Assembly: GCA_050949905.1 (NCBI GenBank)
Contig: JBMNGP010000038.1
Location: forward strand, 10-64,009
From: Desulfitobacteriia bacterium
GTDB lineage: Bacteria; Bacillota; Desulfitobacteriia; Desulfitobacteriales; Syntrophobotulaceae
Length of the DNA: 64,000 nucleotides
Direction: 5' to 3'
In this document: positions 9,135 through 17,287 of the stretch, piece by piece
Numbering within the stretch: the first letter of the stretch is position 1
How the letters are laid out: each line of letters starts with the position of its first letter
Notes under the pieces: generated by a model
Database searches by the model: none
What the model was told of the DNA's origin: nothing
The model's input: the letters and a program-made list of their open reading frames with translations, nothing else
Translations under genes and position numbers: made by a program

Positions 9135-9282
9135 CGTACCCCCTCACGCTTCGCCAAAGTTAGCAAGAGAGCCTACCCTCTTTTCGAGGTGTCGGCTCTC
9201 TTTATCTGGGTTCGAAGCGGTCTAACGCTAGAGTAAAAAGTGGGACAGGAGAAGTGGGACAGGAGAACCGTCCCCTTGTCCC
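9135..9282. repeat. Left copy of a roughly 150-185-bp direct repeat (hairpin module, then GGTTCGAAGCGGTCTAACGC, then GTGGGACA REP units)
   Basis: It aligns with 9950-10133 at an eyeballed identity of about 85%, starting at CGTACC(C/T)CCTCACGCTTCGCCAAAGTTAGCAAGAGAGCC. Confidence 0.85.
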
Positions 9283-9735
9283 ATTGGTTTCTATTTGATT
9301 TTCCCGGAAATCGAATAAAGCAGTAACTTTTTCCGACAGATTATGTTCGATGCGAGCCTGGCTTTGTCTCACCTTAACCACATCTTCTTCAAGTCTTATT
9401 GAGCTTTCCCTGAGGATACTTATATCTTCTTCAAATTTTATTGAGTTTTCTTTGAGGATACCTATATCTTCTTCAAGTTTTATTGTGTTTTCCTTGAGGA
9501 TACTTATATCTTCTTCAAGTTTTATTGAGTTTTCCTTGAGGATACTTATATCTTCTTCAAGTTTTATTGAGTTTTCCTTGAGGATACTTATATCTTCTTC
9601 GAGTCTTATTGAGTTTTCTTTGAGGACATTTATATCTTCTTGCATTTGTTCCTGGTTCACTGCCAGGGTGTCTACACATTTGGTAAGTATGCTAAGCTGT
9701 TCCAGTACTAGCTCTTGAAATTTCTCATTCTCCAT
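9202..9735 (-). CDS. Coiled-coil protein with six to seven 14-aa repeats (EEDISILKENSIKL); the last ~27 codons and the stop lie inside the flanking repeat element
   Basis: A strong RBS AGGAGGAGAAATAATG precedes the start. A candidate promoter TTGTAA-17-TACTAT with TG extension lies on the minus strand at about 9800-9835. The sequence has heptad-like periodicity. Confidence 0.7.
   Translation of the reverse strand: MENEKFQELVLEQLSILTKCVDTLAVNQEQMQEDINVLKENSIRLEEDISILKENSIKLEEDISILKENSIKLEEDISILKENTIKLEEDIGILKENSIKFEEDISILRESSIRLEEDVVKVRQSQARIEHNLSEKVTALFDFRENQIETNGTRGRFSCPTSPVPLFTLALDRFEPR
9382..9645. repeat. 42-bp in-frame tandem repeat, about 6.3 copies
   Basis: ATCTTCTTC recurs at 9382, 9424, 9466, 9508, 9550, 9592 and 9634. 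Confidence 0.95.
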
Positions 9736-9949
9736 TATTTCTCCTCCTAAGACGGAAAATATAGAGTGTCAAAGTATTTAGTATTTCCTTTATTATCCAT
9801 AGTATCATTTAATCTAGCTGCTTACAATCCCAGTTATTAAAAAGTCAAATAGTTTATGTGCGAAAATAGAACCCTAACCTCTCTCTAATTAACGGCTTTA
9901 AAATTATTAGAGATCTAAGGGGTTGTATCTTCCATCTAGACTACGGAGT

Positions 9950-10133
9950 CGTACCTCCTCACGCTTCGCCAAAGTTAGCAAGAGAGCCGAACTCCTTTCA
10001 AAGGTATCGGCTCTCTCTATTATCTGAGTTCGAAGTGGTCTAACTCTAGAGTAAAAAGTGGGACAGGAGAACCGTCCCCTTGTCCCAAAAAGTGGGACAG
10101 GAGAACCGTCCCCTTGTCCCACCCTTGTCCCAC
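9950..10133. repeat. Right copy of the direct repeat, with two full REP units plus a partial unit
   Basis: It is homologous to 9135-9282. The REP units GTGGGACAGGAGAACCGTCCCCTTGTCCCA(C) lie at 10058-10087 and 10092-10122. Confidence 0.85.
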
Positions 10134-10138
10134 TTGTT

Positions 10139-12931
10139 TTATTGTACTATTTCGGCTAAGGCGTTAATCAGGCTTTCCAGCTGCTCGCCGTAGGTGCCGT
10201 AGTCTGCCCAGCGTCCTTCGCGGGCGGCTTGCTGCTGGGCGAGGAAGACTTCGTTAATCTTAGCGGCCAGTTCCGGCAGGCTTAAGTCGGCTCCTGGCTC
10301 AGTCCCCGGTGTTTCAGGAGTGGTCGGGGTGTCTGTTCCTGGTGTTTCCGGGGTGGTGGGGGTCTCTGTTCCTGGGGTTCCCGGTGTCTCGGGCTCCGTG
10401 GGCGTTGTGTCTTTAAGTTCTCCGAAGAGTTTGGTTAAGGCTTGGTCTAAGGTGCTTTCCATGACCAGGGTGTTGTTATAGTAGAGCAGAACCCGGCGCA
10501 GCTCCGGGATACTGCGGTTTTGGGAGAGGATAAAGAGCGGTTCGACATAGAGGATCCGGCCTTCAATGGGGATGGTTAAGAGGTTGCCCCGCACGACATT
10601 GGAACCGCCCTGGCTCCAGAGAGTTAATTGCTGGGAGATGATAGGATCCTGGTCGATATAGGCATCGATTTGGCTGGGTCCTTCGATCAGCTGCCCGCGG
10701 GGGAAGTTATAAAGGAATAATTTGCCGTAATTTTCCCCATCGTTGCCGGCTGCCAGCCAGGCTACCATGTTATTGCGGTTTAGGGGGGTAAAGGGTAGTT
10801 TGAGAATGAATTCAGCTTTATCCTGACCCGGTAATTGCATGGTAACATAATAAGGTTCGACCGGAGTTTCGGTGCCGCTGTATTTTTCTACGGCAATTTC
10901 CCAGACGTTTTCCCGGTTATAGAAGTCTTGGGTGTCAGTCATGTGATAATGTTTCAGCATGGCGGCTTGAATATTGAAGTAATCTACCGGATAGCGGATG
11001 TGCCCCTCCAGGGCGGCGGGGAATTCTGCCCTGTCTTTGATGAGCCCGGGGAAAATGCCTTCCCAGGCTTTGATCAGCGGGTCGGTGTCATCAAACTGAT
11101 AGATGGAGACATCACCGTTATAAGCATCGACAACAATTTTGACGGAATTGCGGATATAGTTTATCTGGCCGGTGGGCTGAGCATAAGGGTAGTAACCGGA
11201 AGCCGTATAGCCGTCCATCAGCCAGTAAATCTTGCCCTCGGCTATTACCGGGTAAGCGTTGCTGTCTAAGTGGATGAAGGGAGCGGCTTTGCGGATTCTG
11301 TCCACAATGTTGCGGTGGTAGAGGATTTTGCTCTCGGGGGTTATTTCATCGGAGAAGATGAGGATGGGCTTGCCGAAGTTCAGGGCGTAAAGGAGGCGGC
11401 GGAAGGTAGTGAGCTTTACTCCGTCTTTACCTGTATAGCGGACGATTTCTTTGGGGGCATTGTCGCCTTCTTTGTTCTCTTCAGTTTCTTTAGCTTGCCC
11501 GAACTCGCCATTTTTGGTGCCAACCACGATGAATTCGTTGGTCAGTTCCCCGAAGTAGATTTCCGGCTGAGTTAGGGGGATATCCACTTGGCTTTTGACT
11601 GGGATATCGCTGAAATAATAGGTAGGATGGCCATTGACAGTAATCTTATTGACAGGAGACATAGCCAGCCCATAACCATGGGTGTATTTAAAATGGCGGT
11701 TGATTAAAGTCTGAGCCTGCTCGGGCAGGGAGTCGACATTCAGTTCCCGGATGGAGAGCATGACTTGGCTGGACTCCTCGCCAATTTTATAGCGGTCGAT
11801 ATCAATATCATTGAATTCATTATAGAGGGTCAGGGATTGATTCTGGTTGTAATGCTGTTTTAACGGCCGGTAATCGAGCAGGCGGATGTTATTGATCGTT
11901 GCCTTATTTCTTTCTAAAACAGCCGGGGATAGTTGGCCGCTGGCAATCGGGTATTCCGTCTCGATGATATCGGAGAGCCCATAAGCGTCGCGGGTAGCTT
12001 GGATATGGTGATTAATATAGGGGGCTTCCCGCTCCAGCTGGTTGGGGCTGACGACAAACTTTTCAAAGAGCCCTCCGATAATCCCTCCCGTAATGGTGAC
12101 AAGGAGTAGTATAGCCGGGGCAGCCAAAAAGAGCCGGAACTTTTTCAGGCGGATATTGATGAGGGCTATAATTACCAGGATTATGCCTACAAAGCGTTCA
12201 ATTTTCAGCAGTGGCAGTTGGATATTAACATCAGTATAGCCGGCACCATAAAGGGATGCTGAGGGTGATACCAAAAGGTCGGCCATTGCCAGCCCGCGGG
12301 TTAAAGTATACCAGAGCAGGATTATGGCTAACAGAATAGAAAAATGGCTCAGGGCTTTAGGCGAGAGCCTGGTTTTTAAGCCGGCAAAATTAATGGCACT
12401 GCCGATAACATAGCCTGTCAGGACAATAATAATGGTGAAGAACAGCAGGCTGAAGAAAGAGGCGCTGAGCAGGGAATATAAGGGATAATGAAAGAAGTAG
12501 TAGGAAAGATCCCGGCCCAAGATGGGATCTACCTGCCCGGTTGGCGCAGAGTTCATAAAGAGCAGGACTTTATCCCACATCTTGGGCAGCACCCAGACCC
12601 AAAACAAGGAAAGGGCAAAGGAAATGAGAATCAGAATTTTCTTGCTGAGGCTGAATTCGCGTTGAATTACCTCCATTCCGGCTACCATGCGCGGGCGTCT
12701 TTTGATCCGGAATTGATCGGCCATGGGCAGGGTATTAGCTAAGAGGAAAATAAAGCCCAGAAGCCAGAGAAGGAATTTGATTAGTAATTCCCCGAGGATT
12801 GGCTTGAGGAAAACCTGGGTGAGCTGAAGGCTTTGGTACCACAGGTAATCGGTATAATAACCGATGATGATTGCCAGCGCTGCCAGCAGTATAATCAGCA
12901 GCCCGGCAATTTTATAATATTTGCGTCCCAT
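10139..12931 (-). CDS. UPF0182-family large integral membrane protein
   Basis: The 930-aa product has an N-terminal multi-TM region containing YYTDYLWYQSLQL and a large extracytoplasmic domain. The C-terminus has a TP-rich repeat (ETPGTxTPTTP). Confidence 0.8.
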   Translation of the reverse strand: MGRKYYKIAGLLIILLAALAIIIGYYTDYLWYQSLQLTQVFLKPILGELLIKFLLWLLGFIFLLANTLPMADQFRIKRRPRMVAGMEVIQREFSLSKKILILISFALSLFWVWVLPKMWDKVLLFMNSAPTGQVDPILGRDLSYYFFHYPLYSLLSASFFSLLFFTIIIVLTGYVIGSAINFAGLKTRLSPKALSHFSILLAIILLWYTLTRGLAMADLLVSPSASLYGAGYTDVNIQLPLLKIERFVGIILVIIALINIRLKKFRLFLAAPAILLLVTITGGIIGGLFEKFVVSPNQLEREAPYINHHIQATRDAYGLSDIIETEYPIASGQLSPAVLERNKATINNIRLLDYRPLKQHYNQNQSLTLYNEFNDIDIDRYKIGEESSQVMLSIRELNVDSLPEQAQTLINRHFKYTHGYGLAMSPVNKITVNGHPTYYFSDIPVKSQVDIPLTQPEIYFGELTNEFIVVGTKNGEFGQAKETEENKEGDNAPKEIVRYTGKDGVKLTTFRRLLYALNFGKPILIFSDEITPESKILYHRNIVDRIRKAAPFIHLDSNAYPVIAEGKIYWLMDGYTASGYYPYAQPTGQINYIRNSVKIVVDAYNGDVSIYQFDDTDPLIKAWEGIFPGLIKDRAEFPAALEGHIRYPVDYFNIQAAMLKHYHMTDTQDFYNRENVWEIAVEKYSGTETPVEPYYVTMQLPGQDKAEFILKLPFTPLNRNNMVAWLAAGNDGENYGKLFLYNFPRGQLIEGPSQIDAYIDQDPIISQQLTLWSQGGSNVVRGNLLTIPIEGRILYVEPLFILSQNRSIPELRRVLLYYNNTLVMESTLDQALTKLFGELKDTTPTEPETPGTPGTETPTTPETPGTDTPTTPETPGTEPGADLSLPELAAKINEVFLAQQQAAREGRWADYGTYGEQLESLINALAEIVQ

Positions 12932-13222
12932 TTTTACCTCCTAATGAACATTCAGATTTTATGTATGAGTTGTAAAGAGTTCCAAATTTATTAAAAAGCT
13001 TGCTGGTTTATAAGAAAGGCTTGCTGTTTTATAAAATGCTTGCTATGTACTAGCTTATCATACGGGGAGACAGTTCGTCATTAGATAATAAGTAGTATTT
13101 TGGAGAAATTCCGGTGTGCTAGGCTTGCCAATAAAAACACCCTTTCCTTTTATTATTAAAAGTGAGAGGGTGTTTGAGGTAATAAGGAAATGAATGCGTC
13201 TGCTTGTATTTTTAGGCACGGG

Positions 13223-14296
13223 TTAGATCCGGAAGTTTAGCCGGATGATCCCGACTTTGACTAAGGCCTTGTAGAAAATGAACGCCAGCGGGAAGAGGAA
13301 GACTCCCAGCACACCCATGAATTTAAAACCTACCCAGATGCTTATTAATGTGGAGATGGCGCTTAAGCCAATGCGTTCGCCTAAAATCTTGGGTTCCAGA
13401 ACCCGTCTGATTACAAGTATTATGACATAGAGAATGACAAGGCCTAAACCTAAGAATACATTCCCCCTGAGGAAGGAGACTATAGCCCAGGGCATTAGCA
13501 CTGAGCCGGTTCCTAAGACGGGCAGGACATCAACCACCACAATGATTAAGGAAATAATTACGGCATATTTGACCTTGAGAATTGACAGGCCAATGAAAGC
13601 TAAGATGAAAGTAATAGTGCTTAAGATCAGCTGGGCGTTGAGAAAACCAAAGGTAGCTCTGCGCAGATCGCCAAGGATGTAGAAAACTTTGTGCTTAGAT
13701 GAATCCTTAAAGAAAGAATAAAAACGGCGATGGATGTTTTCCAACTGGAAGCCGAAGAGATAAACTGCCAACAAATAAATTAGGAAGAGGAAAAAGATAT
13801 TAGGTATTGCAGTGGAGAGGGTATAGGAATAATCGACAACTCTCGCGACCAGGTTGACACTGGTGAGATCATTGATAGTAGTCAAGATCATTTGGTTGAT
13901 TTGGGCAGCGGTTTCGGGGGGCAGCAAGCCAATGGTGCTTTGAATCTGCTGGGTAAGGTTTAAAAACCAGAGCTGGATCTGGGAGCCGTTGGACTGGATA
14001 AAGTGGAGTAAGCCCAGAAGCTGAACATATATTTTATTTATTATGAAGTAAGCCAGCAAACCGAGGACAGCTAAAAAGAGCAAATAAGTAACTGTATTGG
14101 AAATCCCCTTACTGCATTTAAATTGCTTGCGCAGCCAGTCGCTAAGGGGTTCAAGAGCAAGAGCAGTCAAGTAGGCTAGGATGAAAGGCACGAAGTGCGG
14201 AAAGATTTTATAAAGGCCGTAGGGTATAACCAGGGTAGCAATGATGATCACTACTGCTATGAATACTCTTTTTGAATAGTCCATTAAACTTAACAT
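13223..14296 (-). CDS. AI-2E family transporter (YtvI-like sporulation integral membrane protein)
   Basis: The 357-aa polytopic membrane protein shows a PerM/AI-2E-like pattern, including LPVLGTGSVLMPWA. Confidence 0.7.
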   Translation of the reverse strand: MLSLMDYSKRVFIAVVIIIATLVIPYGLYKIFPHFVPFILAYLTALALEPLSDWLRKQFKCSKGISNTVTYLLFLAVLGLLAYFIINKIYVQLLGLLHFIQSNGSQIQLWFLNLTQQIQSTIGLLPPETAAQINQMILTTINDLTSVNLVARVVDYSYTLSTAIPNIFFLFLIYLLAVYLFGFQLENIHRRFYSFFKDSSKHKVFYILGDLRRATFGFLNAQLILSTITFILAFIGLSILKVKYAVIISLIIVVVDVLPVLGTGSVLMPWAIVSFLRGNVFLGLGLVILYVIILVIRRVLEPKILGERIGLSAISTLISIWVGFKFMGVLGVFLFPLAFIFYKALVKVGIIRLNFRI

Positions 14297-14509
14297 GACG
14301 TCATTCCTTAGAAATTTTCTTTGGTGGTAAATAACTCTCCTATCCAGATAATATTATAGGAAAATATTGAAATATGCAATCAATCTGCCGGTATTTCTTT
14401 TTGGAGAAATGTCGGTATTTCTTTTTGGGGAAGAGGACTCCCGGAAAAAGGGATATGGTTAATTTTGTCGAATGTATTTACTTGTTTAACTAAAAAGGAG
14501 GAGTCAAAG

Positions 14510-16144
14510 ATGCGAATCGGACAACGCTTCAAAATATTTATCGTCCTAATGCTCTCAATCTGTTTGACTTTCGGAGTACCGCTTCTGGCTTACGGCCAGG
14601 ATAATTCGGCCTTAGCCGAGGTCAGGGAACTCCTCAGGGAAGACTATGTTGAACCTGTTCCTGCAAGTGTTTTAAGTGCTTCGACGATTGAGGAGATGCT
14701 GAAACGGCTTGGCGATCCCCATACTCAATACTTAACTAATGCCGAGTATAATCAGTTTTTAAATACTCTGGACAGAGCTTTTTCCGGAGTAGGAGTAGAG
14801 CTGGAGGTTGTTGCCGAGGGTGTGCTTGTTACCAGGGCAATAGAGGGTTATGGGGCAGCCAAAGCCGGGATCAAGGCCGGTGATATTATTACCGAGGCCG
14901 GGGGCAATTCTCTGGCCGGTAAGACTGCCGAATACTGTGTTTCCGTACTTAGAGGAGAAGCAGGCAGTAAAGTTCAGCTTAAAGTGAAGAGAGCCGGCCA
15001 GATTTTAAGTTTTACCGTAGAAAGAATGGTAATTGAACTGCCGCTGGTTGAAAGTGAGGTTTTGGAAAGCCATATCGGATATATAGCAGTTTATTCTTTT
15101 GGGCAGGATACGGTCGCCGAATTTAAAAAGAATGCCCTGGCACTTAAAGAAAAAGGGGTAGATTCTTGGATTATTGACCTTAGAGATAACGGTGGCGGTT
15201 ATACGCAGGCTGCCTTAGAGTTGTTGGGATTTTTTATTGGAGAGAAGTCTGCTGTGATCTTAAAGGACAGGTCTATCCTGGCTATTAACCATAACGCGGT
15301 TAGACAAGATTTTATTCTGGAAGGGCCTATCGTCCTTCTGACTAATGGTTATACCGGCAGTTCTTCCGAGATTGTGAGCGCAGCCATTAAGGACCATAAT
15401 AAAGCGACCATAATCGGGGAAAATACTATTGGCTCCGGCCGGGTTAAAGCCTTAATGCCTTTGTCTAACGGCGATTATCTGAAAATGACGGTCAATAAGT
15501 TTTATTCCCCTCATAATAAGCCGATTGACGAAGTGGGCATAGCTCCCCATTTGGATCTTAAAGGCTTGGATGAATTGCAGGCCGCTGTTTTACTGTTAAA
15601 AGAATATAATAAGCAGGTAGTAAAGACGGCTGCCGGTGATAAATCAGGTTACCTGCAATTTAGGTTTGGAGTTAATGATTTTGCAGTTGCCGTCAAAGAT
15701 TTAAGGACCGCCGAAAATTGGCGGCAGGGCAGGGAGATGCTGACATCCGCAGCCGGAGTCAAGGCTTTGAAGATTGGAGGCTTAAACGGCTGGGAACCCA
15801 TAGCCGAGGGATTTCTTCAGGATCTTGCGCGAGTGTATTACCCCGACTATATAAAGGCAGGCAATCTTCCGGAAATACCTTTGGACAAGGTTTTTAGGGT
15901 AACTTTCTCCAATGATATGAATTGGCAGTCGGTGACTGCTGATAAAATAGAGCTGATAAACAGCGCAACCGGAGAGAGACTGGAGACGAAGCTGACTTTT
16001 GTGGATAAGCGGGTTATGACTGTAACACCGAAGGCTAAGCTTAAAGCTGCCGGTGAGTATTGGCTGGTTGTTCACTCTACGATTAAGGATGCCGCCGGCA
16101 GGAATATCACCGGGGGAGTGGCTGTGGCCAAGACCGTTAAATAG
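14510..16144 (+). CDS. S41 family C-terminal processing peptidase with PDZ and C-terminal Ig-like domains
   Basis: The RBS is AAAGGAGGAG followed by ATG at 14510. A signal peptide is present. Motifs include PDZ (GIKAGDIITEAGG), DLRDNGGGY, and the Ser region TGSSSEIV. Confidence 0.85.
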   Translation: MRIGQRFKIFIVLMLSICLTFGVPLLAYGQDNSALAEVRELLREDYVEPVPASVLSASTIEEMLKRLGDPHTQYLTNAEYNQFLNTLDRAFSGVGVELEVVAEGVLVTRAIEGYGAAKAGIKAGDIITEAGGNSLAGKTAEYCVSVLRGEAGSKVQLKVKRAGQILSFTVERMVIELPLVESEVLESHIGYIAVYSFGQDTVAEFKKNALALKEKGVDSWIIDLRDNGGGYTQAALELLGFFIGEKSAVILKDRSILAINHNAVRQDFILEGPIVLLTNGYTGSSSEIVSAAIKDHNKATIIGENTIGSGRVKALMPLSNGDYLKMTVNKFYSPHNKPIDEVGIAPHLDLKGLDELQAAVLLLKEYNKQVVKTAAGDKSGYLQFRFGVNDFAVAVKDLRTAENWRQGREMLTSAAGVKALKIGGLNGWEPIAEGFLQDLARVYYPDYIKAGNLPEIPLDKVFRVTFSNDMNWQSVTADKIELINSATGERLETKLTFVDKRVMTVTPKAKLKAAGEYWLVVHSTIKDAAGRNITGGVAVAKTVK

Positions 16145-16244
16145 GATCCTTCAGTCTCCTTGTACCAATACTAACAAGTAATGTATAAAAAACACCTTTT
16201 TTGGGAAAGTATAGTAATATATTTTTCCTAAGAGGTGATTTTTT

Positions 16245-17069
16245 TTGGATGACCGACGATGCCGGAAGCTCACGGCTTTGGTCTTGAGCACGGTTATCAT
16301 CTTGAGCGTTTTCGTCCAGAGCGCCGCTGCCGCACCTGAAAAATCAACCGATCTACTGTTGGAACGGGTTAAAGGTTTCAAAGGAACAATTCTCTCCTTA
16401 GCTGCAAGTGAAAATAATCAAGTTTTAAAGTTTATTTTAGACAAGTTTGGCAGTACCGGTGTTGAAGAAAAGGGGTTGACTGATACTCAAAAGGATAGTT
16501 TCGAGAGTGAGATAGTATTTGTGATTGAACAGCTGCCATTGGCGGAAGTTCAGAGCCGCAAGCAAGCTCATAAGACTGTATTTAATAAGACGGTACCTGA
16601 TAAGACTTTATCTGCGGCTAAGGATGAAGCTCAAGGTTTAAATGACGCTGCGCCTTCTCGCAAGGAAAGCAGTGTAGATAAGCAAAATCCTTCCCGCAGC
16701 GCCAGTGCTGATGCTATGCGGGATGAGCTGGAAATCCTGGCCCGCATTATTTATGCCGAAGCCAGGGGAGAAAGCTTTGAAGGCCAGGTCGCCGTGGGAG
16801 CCGTTGTCCTAAACAGGGTTCAACATCCTGATTTCCCCAAAACCATTCGGGAAGTGATCTATCAGCCCGGACAGTTTACAGCGGTGGAAGACAGGCAAAT
16901 TGAATTGACTCCGGACGAGCGGGCTTATCAAGCCGCCCAGGCCGCCTTGGAAGGCCTTGACCCCAGTAATGGCGCAGTTTATTACTATAACCCTAAAACA
17001 GCCACCGATAAATGGATTAGAACCCGCAGTGTAATTCGCAATATCGGCAATCATCGCTTCTGTGTGTAA
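16245..17069 (+). CDS. SleB-type cell wall hydrolase (Hydrolase_2 domain)
   Basis: A signal peptide is followed by ARIIYAEARGESFEGQVAVGAVVLNRVQHPDFPKTIREVIYQPGQFTAV. Confidence 0.85.
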   Translation: MDDRRCRKLTALVLSTVIILSVFVQSAAAAPEKSTDLLLERVKGFKGTILSLAASENNQVLKFILDKFGSTGVEEKGLTDTQKDSFESEIVFVIEQLPLAEVQSRKQAHKTVFNKTVPDKTLSAAKDEAQGLNDAAPSRKESSVDKQNPSRSASADAMRDELEILARIIYAEARGESFEGQVAVGAVVLNRVQHPDFPKTIREVIYQPGQFTAVEDRQIELTPDERAYQAAQAALEGLDPSNGAVYYYNPKTATDKWIRTRSVIRNIGNHRFCV

Positions 17070-17107
17070 GAGGCTATGAAATATGTCGGTTGATTGTAAG
17101 GAAATTG

Positions 17108-17150
17108 AGGGACATACCTTAAGGTAGTATTACCTGGCAGGTATGTCCCT
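17108..17150 (+). terminator. Long hairpin downstream of the sleB-like gene
   Basis: AGGGACATACC pairs with GGTATGTCCCT in an 11-bp stem. The U-tract is weak. Confidence 0.5.
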
Positions 17151-17287
17151 ATTACTTGTTCAGACAGCTTTGGCGGTTAGGTTTAGGTGTGGTTCGCTAG
17201 GGAGAGGTGGAACTTCTTCCGCTGTCCCTTCATATTATGTCTTAGCAAGATTGCAGGTAATTTTTTGGACATATGGGAGGGGAAAAG

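Noticed and set aside
9350-9718. A 122-aa plus-strand ORF rich in S/L/I.
   Set aside because: It is the antisense reading of the 42-bp coiled-coil repeat. The minus-strand ORF has the strong RBS and promoter.
9907-10122. ORFs translating through REP and hairpin repeats (9907-10122, part of 43482-43877, 51187-51444, the tail of 20168-20842), all containing [10 protein letters not shown]-like peptides.
   Set aside because: The shared peptide derives from the repeated palindrome. The ORFs lie in intergenic or terminator positions with no RBS.
9239-10133. Considered whether the GTGGGACA... arrays (also at 20612 and 51254) or the 42-bp repeats are CRISPR arrays.
   Set aside because: The repeat units are palindromic and irregularly spaced, and adjacent copies abut or overlap without unique 30-40-bp spacers. 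The 42-bp repeat is an in-frame coding repeat. No cas genes are in the window.
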